A stretch of 62,646 bases of DNA, counting the filler, from Choristocarpus tenellus KU-1152 (taxonomy: Eukaryota > Protista > Phaeophyceae): the NCBI GenBank assembly GCA_964200185.2. It is 14 parts of 14 records of this genome, joined end to end, with 100 filler letters (N's around TTAATTAATTAA, not from the genome) between each part and the next. Parts side by side here need not be neighbours in the genome. Positions count along the whole stretch, not along the records: positions 25,610 to 28,206 come from CAXNAD020026411.1; positions 28,307 to 34,519 come from CAXNAD020008670.1; positions 34,620 to 38,087 come from CAXNAD020019828.1; positions 38,188 to 41,860 come from CAXNAD020018587.1; 10 more parts are not named here. One strand, 5' to 3'. Position numbers and translations under genes: made by a program. Under the pieces are notes generated by a model, which worked only from the letters and a program-made list of their open reading frames with translations, did no database searches and was not told the origin of the DNA. Of the stretch, positions 25,510-39,221 are shown in pieces. The stretch's first letter is position 1. The number at the start of each line of letters is the position of its first letter.

Positions 25510-27906
25510 NNNNNNNNNNNNNNNNNNNNNNNNNNNNNNNNNNNNNNNNNNNNTTAATTAATTAANNNNNNNNNNNNNNNNNNNNNNNNNNNNNNNNNNN
25601 NNNNNNNNNGTAAGTGCACTTCTCCTGGTCAGGGACGGAACAGACACCCTGGTGGAGACCCCCCCCCTCCCCCCCCCAGATTCTTTGAGCCTCAGACAAT
25701 GACTTGGTAACACTGTATCAACCTACTTAAAGCCTTTGGCAAGCCCCGGGGATGGTGTGTGTGTGGTGGTAAATTTCATATCAAAACTGTATGCTTCACC
25801 ATCAGGGTTGAGTGCGGTTATTCTCAATGCTTGAGGCAAGAACTGTTCCCAGGAACAATGTCGTAGTCAATTGATCAGTGTTGAGGACATCAACTTCCTT
25901 ACAAACTACGAGTCGTATTGCGACTCGAAGCAACCTTGGACGCAGAATTTGTGGATCTGGTCATAACAACTAAATGCCATGTCAAGCATTACTCCCATGT
26001 TTGTTTTGACCACAAGACTACAATACAAGAATAGTAGGAGCAATCAATAGTAGTAACGATAAGCTCCACACACTCCACCTCAGAGGTTTGTGAATGTTGC
26101 GGTGATGTTCGTTATGTGTAAGGAGTGTGTAATCGAAGTTTTAAGTCGATTTACAGAGCAGTTGTTGAGAACTACCTGTCTCAAGCGTTGAGTATAGGCA
26201 CGCCTGCCCTTCTGTTGTACCAAACCTTTTTCACAGAGAGGTTTCTGTGCAACATGAACCATCCTCTTGAAGGAAGCAAAAATTAGGCTCAACAAGATGT
26301 TAGCAAACAATTAGTCAAGCTTGAGGGTGATAAGAACAGTCATTCTCGAGGACTGTCCGAAAAGAAACAGGGGGGTTAACCCTAGGCAGGGTTGCATCCT
26401 TAGAGGATTGGGTTGGATACAAGAAAGCACACTCTACTGTTACAAATCAAGATGCCACAGACTTGCTCTAATTCTTGCGGTTTTTAGATATTTGGGAGGA
26501 ATCTCACATTTTAGACTCCTTCGCTCGAACGATTGGACATCCTTCCTGTTCTCAGATTTTTATAGCACTTGTATACACTTCAAAAGTGTCCACCTGACCT
26601 CCATGCAGTAGAAAACCTCCTCTTTCTTTTCTCCCTGTTCATCGGAGCCTCACAATAGTTGCAAACCTGGCCCCATGGGTAATGCCATATATGATCATAC
26701 TGTTGCTGCTCCTCTTGCTACCGTGGTGGTGGAGGATATGTTTTCCTTCATTCTGAGTGTAAAGGCCAATCTGTCCACATTGGGTGCTTCTGATGCTGCT
26801 CCTGCGGGACGTGCTTCGTCCTCATATGAATGGGTAAAGGCTTCTGGCGGAGAAATTTAATAAGGAATCAACGTCGGTGCTGCTGATGCCGATCGGACTG
26901 ACAGGCCGCCGTGCAGAAGAACTGTGGTAGGTTGTAAACAACTTCAACACTATTGTCCGCCGCCCCATATACCGCGTGCTGTCTGCGTGTAGACGCACAC
27001 AAGTGACCTCAAGGTTTCAACATTGTTGGGAGGGGCTTGACCTCTAAATCCAGGGAACAATCACCCACAATTGACGACCTTCGGTCATCCTACTCTACAC
27101 AGGGAGGACCTACGATAAAGATTTTGTGTAGACCGATCACCTTGAACTCCATCAGTCACTCTCTTCTACTTTGCAAAAACTTATAAAACGCTGTCGATCT
27201 GGGAAGAACTTGAGTCTTGAAGCCAAACGATACGTAAAGAGTACCCGCGATCCTTGTGCCAAACGAGGATCATGGACGCCAACGGCGGCGATACGAAGGG
27301 GTGAGTATTTACGTGCTGTTTTCTTCTCGTCTGTGTCTGGCTACACGCTGGCAAAGGGATTTCTTGTGCCGAGTTGGGTCGGCGTTGTTCATTTAAAATC
27401 CAAGAAATTCAAACTCTGCGAAGCGACCAACGAACATTCTCGCGTCCCAAAATGGAGAAAGTCAAAACAAAGATGGTAGATACCTTTGTACATGGGTGGA
27501 GATATCGTGTGCTTCGGATATGATCCCTTGCTATCGGCAAAAACTCCTCAACTACTTCACTTGAACGGGTTAGTGTAGCCTCTAGACTGGAGAGTTAACG
27601 CTTCCTCCTTGCATGTTCAATTCGCGTGTCATATATGTTGTGCAGCTATTCTACCCCCCTCCTCCCATACGGTAGAGCTGCTAAGGCAATTACGCTTCCA
27701 AAAATATTTAGTAGCAGTTTGTAGAAAGTTCAAACGGTGTTTGGGTGTTTGTGGTCGGGTAGGAGTAAGTTTGTTTTGGTATCTTCGGGTTATGACGCAT
27801 ACAAGTATATGCAATAGGCTAGAAAATTTCTTCCTAACATGGCCCTTGTATGCTGTCATGGTGAAGAATCAACCTTGACCCTTGCCCCTCTTTGGACTGA
27901 AACCGA

Positions 27907-28125
27907 TTGGTGGATATTCGAGGAAGGACCAAGAGGTCGGCGGGTGTGGTAGGCAAGGAAGAGGACGAGGATGAAGTCAAAGACCATGAACAAGTTGCTG
28001 GAGGCAGGGGGGGTGCAGCTGGGGATGGCGACGGTGCTAGTGGGGCGGAGGAAAGTAGTGACAATGATGAAGATGAAGATGAGGAGGAGGATGAAGAAGA
28101 GGAGGAGGATGAAGACGAGGGTGAG
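27907..28125 (+). CDS. Acidic low-complexity coding segment (possible exon)
   Basis: Open frame with poly-D/E (SSDNDEDEDEEEDEEEEEDEDE) followed by a gtgaga donor-like site. Confidence 0.3.
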
Positions 28126-29421
28126 AGTAGGTCTGGATCAGCTATAGTTAGACTCCTAAGCTCTTCACACAAAAGGCAGAGGTGTGGGGGTGGCATAGAG
28201 TATAGGNNNNNNNNNNNNNNNNNNNNNNNNNNNNNNNNNNNNNNNNNNNNTTAATTAATTAANNNNNNNNNNNNNNNNNNNNNNNNNNNNNNNNNNNNNN
28301 NNNNNNAACCTCCACCCTTTTTCCCTACTCACTGCCCACCCAGTCTCCTCATACCCCAAGTTGAATGTCTCCCATTCGTGACCCCTGCCACCTTACCTAC
28401 CAATTGCCCCACCCAGCCCCAGCCCCCACCCACTCTCATACTTAATCCCTCAGTGCCCACTTCCAAACCCACCTTTCCGTTTTCCCCCCCTCCTTTTGAC
28501 CCTTTACCCCCTGCTGCTGACTGTCTCCCGTTATTGTCCCCTAAAATTTTCTCCTCCAAACCTCCACCCTTTTTCCCTACTCACTGCCCACCCAGTCTCC
28601 CATCAATCGCCCCACGTAGCGTCTGCCCTCACCCATCCACCATCACATTTAATTCCATTAAAGTCCACTTCGAATACCGACTTTCCCTTCCTTCTCTCAG
28701 TCGATACACATAATCCAACACCTCCCAATCTCTTTGCCCATTACTCTCTACTACATCCCAAGCCCCCACCATCTCCCACTCTAACCCTTCCCCTCCACTT
28801 CCCATTCACTGCCCACCCAATCCTACTACTCACCCAACCCAGGACTCACTCACACCCTCCCTCAGTCCCCCAATTTCTTTCCCCAGTACCCTCTCCCTTT
28901 CGTCCCCTTCCTCTCCCTCAAATCTAACCCTCAGTGACCACTTCCCTTTCACCGGAGCCAGTACCCACCAGCCACCCCCACTATCAAACCCCCATCTGTT
29001 GTGACTGTCAAAAAGTCAAGAACACCCATTTCACTAACCCATCCTGCCCTGGATTCTGCCCCAGACCCCCTCTAAAATATGCACTATGCCCACCCCGCAG
29101 ACATCGATTGAGACAGTGCATCTGAAAGGGTTTTACCAATTTTATGGGGCTGGCATTAACATTTTTGAACTCCCTGCTACCTCAAGTTTGGATTCTCCAC
29201 GTAGCATCTCAAGTCTCTGCTTTGGATGAAAAGTTCTAATCAGTATAATGTTGCTAACCTTTACAAGGGCGTTTGACCCTCAGCATTTTGAACTGTCATC
29301 CATACTTGGAGTAGAAGCTGTGGTGCTCAGGTCAATTTGGGTTGGAATGCCAATTGAAGTGAAGCATGCCATTTTGGACACATGCATAGTGTGTATATGT
29401 GTGTTTGCGTGTGTGGGCACA

Positions 29422-29688
29422 GAGTCAAAGCATTTAAGAGGGAAGGGCCATGCCCGTTCGCAATCAAAAATCCAATGTTTCGATTTTGATACAATTTTGG
29501 ATATCGTGATTGTTAGAAAGTGTCAATATCCTCGCTTCGGAAACACATGTCATAGTCGTATACATTTTAGGTAATAAATGTTTTGAAACAGAAAACCGAA
29601 AAAGGGTACGAAAAGAAAAACCCTTGGGAAGCCAAGCCCCGTACAGAAAAACAGGGCAAACCTCCTACCCTCGTAAATGCTTTGGGTC
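29422..29688 (+). mobile_element. Diverged MITE family B copy
   Basis: aca|gagtcaaagcatttaagaggg...accctcgtaaatgctttgggtc|aca; internal similarity to 4893-5153. Confidence 0.75.
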
Positions 29689-32278
29689 ACACGTGTGAGA
29701 ATAGATCCCACAGAGAGTCTATCTGGACGGGCACACCTGAGCTACTCTTCCCTCTCAATAGAGGGTAAGTAAAAACTTACTTGAAGGCCACGACCACCAC
29801 AAGGTAACTTGACCTTTCTCTTCCACCTCAGCAACTTGAGGCCCTGAAAAAACTCCAGACAGCAAAGGGAGCTCTTTGCTGAGGTTGGAAGGACTGGGAT
29901 TATTGTACAACTCCTTGGGCATTGGCTCCAGAAGTTTATACTCTGGGTAATCAATAGGTAGGCCCAGGGATGACATGACACGCATGCTGTACATCTTCCC
30001 CTCTTCCATCCTCTACACCCAGCTATTCAACTTCCTTCCATATCTGGCACTAGGTCATGACAGGACAGTATGTGTTGAGAGGACCAACGCATAGGCAACC
30101 ACACAACTCCTGGAACCCGTGCAAACTCTATGTCTGAAATTCCGTTTCCTGACCGGACGAGCGTGACACTACCAAATCGGTGTATTGTCACTGGCAACAA
30201 AATATAGAAGAATATGGACATCAGCCATTTCCATAGTTGCCTCGGGCAGGGAGCAAAATACCAAATAATCGGATGTAAAATAACCTCAACAATATCCACA
30301 AAGGAATGAGAACCCCTTTGATCCTGGAAAATCTCGTCTCTTTCACGATTGACCAGGGTTCTCCATAGATATGCAGTAAATACCTCACTTCAACGCACCG
30401 TCCAACATGGCCACTGCATCATATCATGATAAAGGTCCCCTTGTCAAAACCTTTGTCGAGGTTCAGGTGACCTGTCACCTGCACCCATTAACACAGTCGC
30501 GCTAGCAGCATAGCTTCCACGGCGCCAATGGAACGGAATGCCAACCACTACAAGGAAAACTTTCATCCTCGTAGATAAAAGAGCATCACCTTCATGGTGG
30601 AAATCTTCAACACACAGGCAGGTCAAGTATTGGATGCGGTAACAACCAACATGGTAGGAGGAAGGGTGGCAGGAGGGTCCAGCAGGAAGGAGGCTGTAGG
30701 GCAAGCCTCCAGGTGGCAGGCCAGGCCGGGAATGAAAGTCTCCTGGGATTCTTCCCTCACTTCTAAGCAGCTTTTACAGTGTCCAATATAGCAGTACAGC
30801 CGTATGATGATTTGATGCTTGTCACAAAAATATATATATTTTATAGGAAGGCCTTTGTCGACAGATATATGGACTCTGTTGTGTTTACCATGTTCTTAAC
30901 ACGCAATCTGCAAAATGGCAGTGTGGCAAGTGTAGATAATACAATACAAACTATTAATAGTATTAAATGTAAAGCAATATATATAGTACACAAACACCAA
31001 CACAGAAAAAATATATTCCTCAAAATAAAATACCTCACACCAACCTATTGATAGCAATTGTAATACAATATATATATACTTTGGTGACTACTCCAGAGTA
31101 TACTTCAAAGTAGACAGAACCGCTAATAGACAGAACATCACCAGAAGAATGTACTGCATAGGGATAGGGATAAGGATAAGGATAGGGTTGCCTTTTCATA
31201 TTGGCTAGGAGCAAGAGTGTCATAGATATTCCTCATCAAAACCTACCTACTACAACAAGACAAAGAACAGCACACTTTGTGTCAATTCTCTTCACAGCTC
31301 GCTAGCTATTCACCACAGGTGGTCAACAGGAAAACAGCCGGTGGGTATATCAAAAACAATATTAATCTCATCACAGTGGGTCGGTAAGGGATATTGAAGG
31401 CACTCTTCCTAGTGTAATACAAGCACATCACTAAATCAACAATCTGCCCAGAGGATACTGTTACTACACTACATGTTTTTTGTCTGCTTTGTGTGATGCC
31501 ACAAGCGAGGAAAGGTGTGAGGGGAATTTGGGCAGGGAGTAAAAACAAGAGTAGTTTTCACAGAGAGGACTGGCGGTGTACATGTGGACAATAAGGAACT
31601 GGTGACTACTTTCTGCAAGGACTGAGCCCTGGCGGGTGGCAACCCCACATGCAGTCGAATTTTTTCATGGAGTCAAATCGGACTCCTTGGAGTCAACCTT
31701 CCAACAGACTACCTGCTGTCTTGGGGTGTTACTATGTGTTACCCCATTTCTCAGGATTTTGTTTGAAATACCTTGGGCATTATGCGTAGTCTCCCACATG
31801 TTCAAGCAATATATTCAGGAGTGGGGTCCCAGACGAAGAATTGTGGTGGTCTGACATTGCAGCAATATTGTTGTCATACCACCGTATCACACCTTCCTCT
31901 TCCTCATTTCTTGTCTTGAGGAATCGTATTTGAAGTGCAGGGAGATAGTCACATATGGGGTTGGCGAGTGATAAATGATGCCCCATCGAACAAATGGTTG
32001 GCATGTTTTGGAGTATACTCTAGTAAATTATGAGAGTATATGCAAACCACAAGATGGAGTAGAAGTAGTTAGAATTAAATAATCAAAAGTTATTTATGTG
32101 TGTACATCTTAGTGACACCCAATACTAATCAGTATCCGCATACATTCCACTCAGAATATTGAGAAAATATTTAAATACGGATAGCTTCAAGAGTATTCAA
32201 GATGCCCAATAAATCAGAAAATATGTATGCACTCCTACAGCTTTCTGGAATACAGGCAAATTTCGATCTAGTGCTCAC

Positions 32279-33320
32279 CTTTCTAATGTAATCCCAATTG
32301 GCCAGCCTACTGTATCGCTGCAGGCGTGATCTTCCATGTACCATGACAGCTGCAATCTCTCCCAGACCCCTAGCTTCACACCTTGAAGCCTCCCTTTGGA
32401 CAAGCCGTACAATCTATTCTCCAGACAAACACATACACATACAAGACAGACATGTATCCACAAATACATAAACATAAACAACATAATACGCACACATAGG
32501 CATCAGATTATACACATACATTTCATGCACCTGAAGGGAAAAGGTGTTTGCATTATCAAAATAATGAGGGGAAATCGGAGCGGAAATGTCTACACCATAC
32601 CTCTCCACAGCAAATTTGCTGATACCCAAAGCCCAGTAGTATGAAACTCCTTCCCAAACCATGTATCCAAAGAGAGTAACCAAGGTGTAAGAGTCTAAGT
32701 ACAAACCTTATCAAAATAACTAAGATAAACAACTCCCGGGGTATTCAACCAAACAATACTCTCCAAGCACTACAGCTGCACAAAATGGACCGTGCAGTGC
32801 AACCCATGCCTTATTCACATCCAAAACGTCCTTAGTCACCTTCCCATGAAGACAATCAAGGACATAATGAGGAATGCCAGCACCTGTCACAATTCCAAAA
32901 AAAACACTCCATAACTACTGCCATAGAACCCACAAACGAACACAGCTATCCTAAAAATGACAATTGTGATAGTACAAGTATTGAAAATCAAAGGTTTATG
33001 GAGAGCAAAAATATCAAATTGACTCAAAAACTCTTGATGTGCATCATTGGAACCAAAGCATGCTCAAAGGACAGGGCATCAAGAGAAATAAATACTATCC
33101 GAGTACATGGCTCTTGCAAGGGCAAGGAAAACCCAATCAATTCAAACTCCTCCAATTCAATATCCCTTTCCACTGATCCAGACTAATTACAGCGATTTGA
33201 TTTGCAACGCTAGAAAATACACATTGCACTTGCACGTACATGGTCTGCATTAGGCTTCTTCTCATCCCACCCCACCCGCATCTTGACAGTCACCGGACAG
33301 TTCAGCACAGAAGTCATACC
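32279..33320 (-). CDS. DUS3: tRNA-dihydrouridine(47) synthase DUS3, two internal exons
   Basis: Exon 33240-33320 encodes GMTSVLNCPVTVKMRVGWDEKKPNADH. Exon 32279-32413 encodes IVRLVQREASRCEARGLGEIAAVMVHGRSRLQRYSRLANWDYIRK. Both are phase 0 with AG/GT boundaries. HGRSRxQRYxxLAxWxYI is the DUS3 signature. Confidence 0.9.
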
Positions 33321-35676
33321 CTGTCCCCCCAAAAAAATGAAAGACCAGAAAAACAGGCAAGAGTGGGGTTTGACGAGGACTCAGCTATAGAGGAATGAAT
33401 ACAGCAGCCTTGACAACTATTGCATCAACAAATTACTTTTATATGCTACGTTAAGGAATATATATAATGGGAAAAAACGGGTTAGGGTTAGGGATAGGGC
33501 CAAAGAGTACCCTTGCGCATAGAGCATACTTGAGGCATTGCTAGAGAGTAAGGCATATAAAAGGCTACTCACACATAAAGACTGCATCAAGGAAGTTTAG
33601 CTCAGTTCGCCCTTCATGAAAATAAAAGTCACAATCATTCTCAGATCTAAACACCTGCATAGAGGCTCATTGATTGGCATATATTCAGAATCCATTTGCT
33701 TTACACAACATACTCAACCATAGCATGTTTGAGATATCAAGACACTTGTAAGATTTGTCATGTTGTGAATTGCAAGTGTTGAATCAACTTTCACTCAATT
33801 AATTGGAACAACTGAATAGCTGAACTGGAAAGGTTCAAATTTTAAGGGGGGGGGGGGGTTATAATGATGTAAGCAGAAGCTCGGCCACTGAGACAGAGGT
33901 TCCAGAACAAAGTTTCGTTTGAAATTGTCGAGGATATGCTTTTTATTCATGTCTTGAAGGAGATTCTGTACAAGAAACAAACTAAGGATGACAAGACAAT
34001 GTGTTCTGACAGATAGGAGATGTGTTTGGGTTTAAGACCTAGAATATTGAAGAGCTCAGGAACAGGGAGCATTGTTGGAAGTAATCTGTGACCGCTGTTT
34101 ACTATCTATAGCATACGAATGATTTGGTGACATGAACAAGCCTCCCCCCCCTTTGGATGGCATTTCTCACTCCAACTCTGTACCTACTAGAACATAACTG
34201 AGAAGGAACATATTTTAATATCTAAACTTGGGATTCCACCCATTCTTCAACATGCTAGCTAGCATGCTTTAAAGTGTGCTAATATCTCAACAAAGCTAGT
34301 AGTAGGGGGGTCAGACGGAGTCCCGATGGCATCTCCTGTCAGTAACGTGAACATGGATGATGAAGATGTTGGGGTGAAAGTACAGGGCTTCTGTGATGAG
34401 GAGAAGCCAGCGACAAGGGGAGTCACAACTTCAAGAAGGACTCCGGAGTGGACCTGCAACTCCTCACCCCAGTTCCTTCCAAATTTGTGGTGTATAAGGG
34501 TGACGATAATGGGGAGGGGNNNNNNNNNNNNNNNNNNNNNNNNNNNNNNNNNNNNNNNNNNNNTTAATTAATTAANNNNNNNNNNNNNNNNNNNNNNNNN
34601 NNNNNNNNNNNNNNNNNNNCCAAAAATCGCGACATGAAAAAATTGACCCCAAATGGACAGCCGCCACCCCCTCCCAGATACTTTGAGCCATTGAGCAGTT
34701 CTCTATCGGTGTTGGGCTAGGCATCACGGCCGTTAGGGCTACAGCGAGTGTTTTGCATCAAATGGTTAAATATAATTAATAATATTCACGCAGCAGGGAC
34801 AATTTGAAGTTTTTCAGGATAAATAACAATGTCCGAATTGCTGTGTATGGAAATTACGAGAATTGAAAAACAGCGACCTGGAGTTTATTAGTGCATACAT
34901 CAACCTGTCTGTGCCTCTGGAATATTCTAAGTGCATTTTTCTTCGTGATTTGTCATTTTGTCGCTTATGCTATTTCCATTACTTGAGCCTGCAGTGTATT
35001 TCCTCATCCTTCACGCCTACCAAACAGTACATTAAAAGTGGACCATTATCATCGATTTCTTACTCCCTTCTCTTTCGTCAGCCCTAGAGGGACACAGGCT
35101 TCTTCGTTGGTTGATCATACGTTCCTGGTCTAACCACAGTGCGTTTGTGTGGCTAAACGAACCACAGCAATTGCACTCTTCATGGTGCAACAATTTTCAA
35201 TGTCCATCGTAAATAAAGTCAATATCACAAAGCCTCCACATCTGCAGACCTGTGACAACCTTGAAGTAACAGGGACAACTATAGGTTGAAATCAGACTTG
35301 CTAATTTCGGATGAGGAAGGAGGAAAGTCCATCCATATTGAAAATCACCCAACCACACAAAAACCATACCTCAGATTAAGCTATACAGACACCAAAATGT
35401 ATCTATTTTCTACTACATGACCACTTGCTACATTATTGGGTGTGCCAGAGGTGGATCAATGTCAGTCGAATATAATAATAACGGTTTTGGATCAGTGGTT
35501 AGCCCACAGAGAAGGGCTATGGTACCAGTTGAGGCCTTCACAAACACTTGTGATATTGAACGGGCTTGCAGACATGGAAAAGGGTGCTACCGAAAAGCTG
35601 GGCTCCCATTTTTCCCAAGTGGGAAACCGCAACTTAACTGCCTTGACATGAAATTCTAACTTCTGGGTTTGGGTAA

Positions 35677-35857
35677 GGCTCAAAATATCTGTGGGGGGGT
35701 GGTGGCTGTCCATTTGGGGCCAATTTTTTGATGTCGCGATTTTTGTGTGATTTGGTTGCATATGTCGGATGGATAATGTAAGTGCACGTTTCCTGGATAT
35801 GACCCAAAATGGACACCCTGGTGTAGACTCCCCCCCCCCTCCCAGATACCTTGGGCC
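35677..35857 (+). mobile_element. Full MITE family A copy
   Basis: taa|ggctcaaaatatctg...cagataccttgggcc|taa. Confidence 0.9.
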
Positions 35858-35952
35858 TAAGATTGAGGTGCAATAGCAGTGGACCACTGCGCAGAGGGAA
35901 TGGTAGTAAACAACTCCAAGTACTGACACACTAACCCAGCAAACAGCCTTCT

Positions 35953-36142
35953 GGCTCAAAAAAAGTATCTGGGAGGGGGGGGGGGCGGCGGCTGTCCATT
36001 TGGGGTCAATTTTTTCATGTCACATTTTTTGGGTGATTTGGTTGCATACGTTTGATGGATTAATGTAAATGCACTTTTCCTGGTTTTGGCCCAAATGGAC
36101 TCCCTGGTGTAGAATCCCCTCCCCCCCCAGATACTTTGGGTC
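35953..36142 (+). mobile_element. Full MITE family A copy with 4-bp TSD (TTCT)
   Basis: ttct|ggctcaaa...aagtatctggg...cccagatactttgggtc|ttct. Confidence 0.9.
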
Positions 36143-37273
36143 TTCTATGAGGACCCTACCGTGGCCAAGAGCACTCACTGTACATGTCCATAATCAGTAC
36201 TATGGAAACTGAAGAGCACAGGAAGGGGAGGTGGCATCTGGCATACCAGGTATAATGCACAATGTGTTCATTCTATTGCTAGACTGCCACGGAAGTAGCC
36301 TCAAAACCCATTAGGTCACCTGAGAAGAAACATCGAACCTAGACAGACTCAAGGTAATGGAAGCTGCGGATCATTCAACCTCATCGGGAGGTGTCTCATT
36401 GGCGCTATCTCACCTAAAGTAAACAAGACAGACTTACCCTCCTTCTTGTGCCTACCTCCCTAAACCCGATTGTTGTGGTTTGTTCCATCAAGTGCAAACT
36501 AAAGCGGGCTACATTTAGTTGGTGCCTTATTCACTTGCTAACTCCAGCCTTTTGTGTGTGTATGCATATGCACTACCCGGTGATAATTAGCAACTCCATC
36601 AACCACAATGGACTAACACGCACTACTTGCACTCTGTGTTCTACAGTGCGGCTGTTCTTGACATGCCCACAATAACCACAGGACGTCGTTTTCTCATCCA
36701 GCAGACATGGCCACGCATAGATAGCCAGTTCTTGTCCCAACAACGTAAAATCCTGGCTTTTCCTAAATAAAGACAGTGCAAGCCCTTAACGAAAAGAAAA
36801 CAGATAGGAATATTATTATTATTATTATCTTGCCTTGCTTCAAAATGTTGACACATCACCAAGGAAGGTAGCAACGGAAAAACCAGTCTGGCAGAGCAAG
36901 TCGCTGCATACCGTCATTCAACTGGTCTCCTTTGTCGGCACAGTGCTTATGCCATTTGGCGATCATGTACATGTTCCCCTTACGCCACCATATTTCCGTT
37001 GCGTGAACAGTGGGTAAGTTCAGGCGGATTGTCCACTTGTCCCTTGCCAGGCACCTCTATTGATTCCCCTCAATCTAACACACATCCGTTGACACAGTTC
37101 TATCGTAGTGATCAACAAAAGAGAGCCATCTCAAAGAAGGTACTCAAGTCTCGACCAGCATCAATCACTCCTGGAGAGACACGGCAATGACCAGAGCGTA
37201 TACCAACTGATAGAGCCAGTCAGTTAAAAGCACTCTGAAGCATTACATATTAGTACACGAGGGGCAGAGTGCA

Positions 37274-37352
37274 TCAGCGATTGTTCCCCTTCTTGCCCTT
37301 CTTCTTACCCTTGCCTTCCTTTTTACCCTTGGCACCCTTGGCAGCTTTTCTC
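37274..37352 (-). CDS. Probable terminal exon with a Lys/Gly-rich C-terminal tail (gene unidentified)
   Basis: Acceptor tgtgcctcctcag followed by (g)RKAAKGAKGKKEGKGKKKGKKGNNR*. Confidence 0.45.
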
Positions 37353-38308
37353 CTGAGGAGGCACAAGCACAAGAACACAGGGGTTGGGGACAGGCAGGTG
37401 GGAATGTCGCAGTAGAGGCTGCCTAACCCTAACCCTACTGAAGCATTAAACCTCTCTGGGCTAAAGCAGTTAAGAGGGTTAGGGTTAGGGTTAGGGTAGA
37501 GCCGCATCCGTTCAGGATCATGAATCCAACGTTGGCTATTGTGTTAGTTAGCAAGAGTCAACATCCTTGCTCCGGACACGCCTTTCGTGGTCGTATGCAC
37601 TTCAGGGTTAGGGTTAGGGTTAGGGTTCACACAGAAGAACCGCAAAAAAAAAAGGGGCGTAAGAAATCCCGTGGGCAAGCTTAAGCCCCACACGGACAAA
37701 GAGGGTCAAAGCACATACTCTCTGAAATGAAATACTCTCGTACTCTCTGAAATGAAATGCTCTGGGTCATTACAACATCTCTGCAGTCTGCTATTCACTC
37801 TTGACCTTACCAATCTCAGCATGGCAGCAGCAGGTGCAGAGCTACACAAAACCTTGTGCATGGCATAATACAACCAACAACAACAAGGCCCTCAAGGGGC
37901 TGACTAAGCACAACTCCTTTCCCTGAACAAGTCCTGTTACATCAAAATCATCACCAAAAAAAATCCAATTGCCTAAGACTATCTGAAGGGGGGGGGGGGG
38001 GGGGGGGGGGCACAAACAAAGGTGCCCAAGGGCGCCCGGCGGAGGGGGAGAGGGGGGGGGGGGGGGGGAGGGGGGTAGAGCAGGGTGNNNNNNNNNNNNN
38101 NNNNNNNNNNNNNNNNNNNNNNNNNNNNNNNTTAATTAATTAANNNNNNNNNNNNNNNNNNNNNNNNNNNNNNNNNNNNNNNNNNNNCTCTCCCAGATAC
38201 TTTGGGTCATTATGCCCTTTGAAAATTTGTAGATGTGTCAGGGGAAAACCAACGTATCTGTAACTATTAGAGGACATGTAAATGTCAGAGGGCTTAATAA
38301 AAGTATAG

Positions 38309-38740
38309 GAAAGTTTTGGATGACTCGGCAAGCAAGCGGAACATTTCCTGGATGAGGTAGCTACACACGCGGTAGGGGGGAGAGGAACTGGAGGGTACAG
38401 TAGAAAAGGAGCCGTCAAATCCCACCTACGCCAGATAGTCTCAGTCACAACGCAAGTAGCTCTATCTACACGGGTCACGCGTTTTAAGCTGGAGTCAGCA
38501 GGGAGATATGCAAGGAGGGGTTTGTTAGATTCTTGGGATGTTTCCCAAACTCCTCATGGTGGGGTAGGAATAGGTTTGAGATACAAGGCTGTAGTAGGAC
38601 AAGATAGTAGATTAGATAAACATTTTTCCCGTTTATTTGTTAAAATTGTTAATTTTTTAGGGATTTTTGAGATATGAATAGTTTTCATTAGTTTTCCCCT
38701 CACACATCTATCTGTAATAATGTGAGAGGGCATAATAATA
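38309..38740 (+). mobile_element. 3' end of an RLE-type non-LTR retrotransposon (ORF C-terminus, 3' UTR, stem-loop, (TAA)n tail)
   Basis: ESFG*LGKQAEHFLDEVATHAVGG...KSHLRQIVSVTTQVALSTRVTRFKL, then ...ccctcacacatct...tgtgagagggcataataataa. Extra short 3' ends at 38209-38300. Confidence 0.75.
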
Positions 38741-39221
38741 AAAATATATACTCAAATATACCCAATTCAGAAGGAATATTCGTTTACGTTATGTGCGGAA
38801 TATTAGTACCGTTCCGGTTAAAGGCATAGATAGCATCGTACCGCTGAGCTGCTTGTCAATGCTCAAAGTTCAACTTTCAAACAACCTCAAAAATTCTCTT
38901 TGTTTTTGTCTAGTTGTGAAAATGATTCAAAGTCACCACTTCTGTCTCATCAAACTCACTGAAAAAGGTTCATACAGTAAATATAAATTATTTAATGTTT
39001 CTGATACTCCCTGTCCAACAGATATTGATGTGCTAGTTCAAGCACAACAGGACACAACTATGACAAACCTCATTTTTTCGGGACGATCTTGCCATCACTG
39101 AAATACTCAAAAGTGCCCGAAATCATGAGATTGACTCTTGGTCAAACCTGGACATTTCTTAGTTCATTACGGACTATACAATGGAGAATGCCTGTGTTTC
39201 CATTACGGATCTAATCCCTCC

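Noticed and set aside
28307-29060. Proline-rich ORFs in the C-rich tract (and the G-rich tract at 11992-12300)
   Set aside because: Low-complexity, strand-biased sequence with an internal duplication (28309/28561) and no recognisable domain.
35492-35959. ORFs such as 35492-35959, 20557-20862, 43029-43457 and 43512-43713
   Set aside because: They are chance translations through MITE sequence (YLGGGG / PPPP from G/C tracts).
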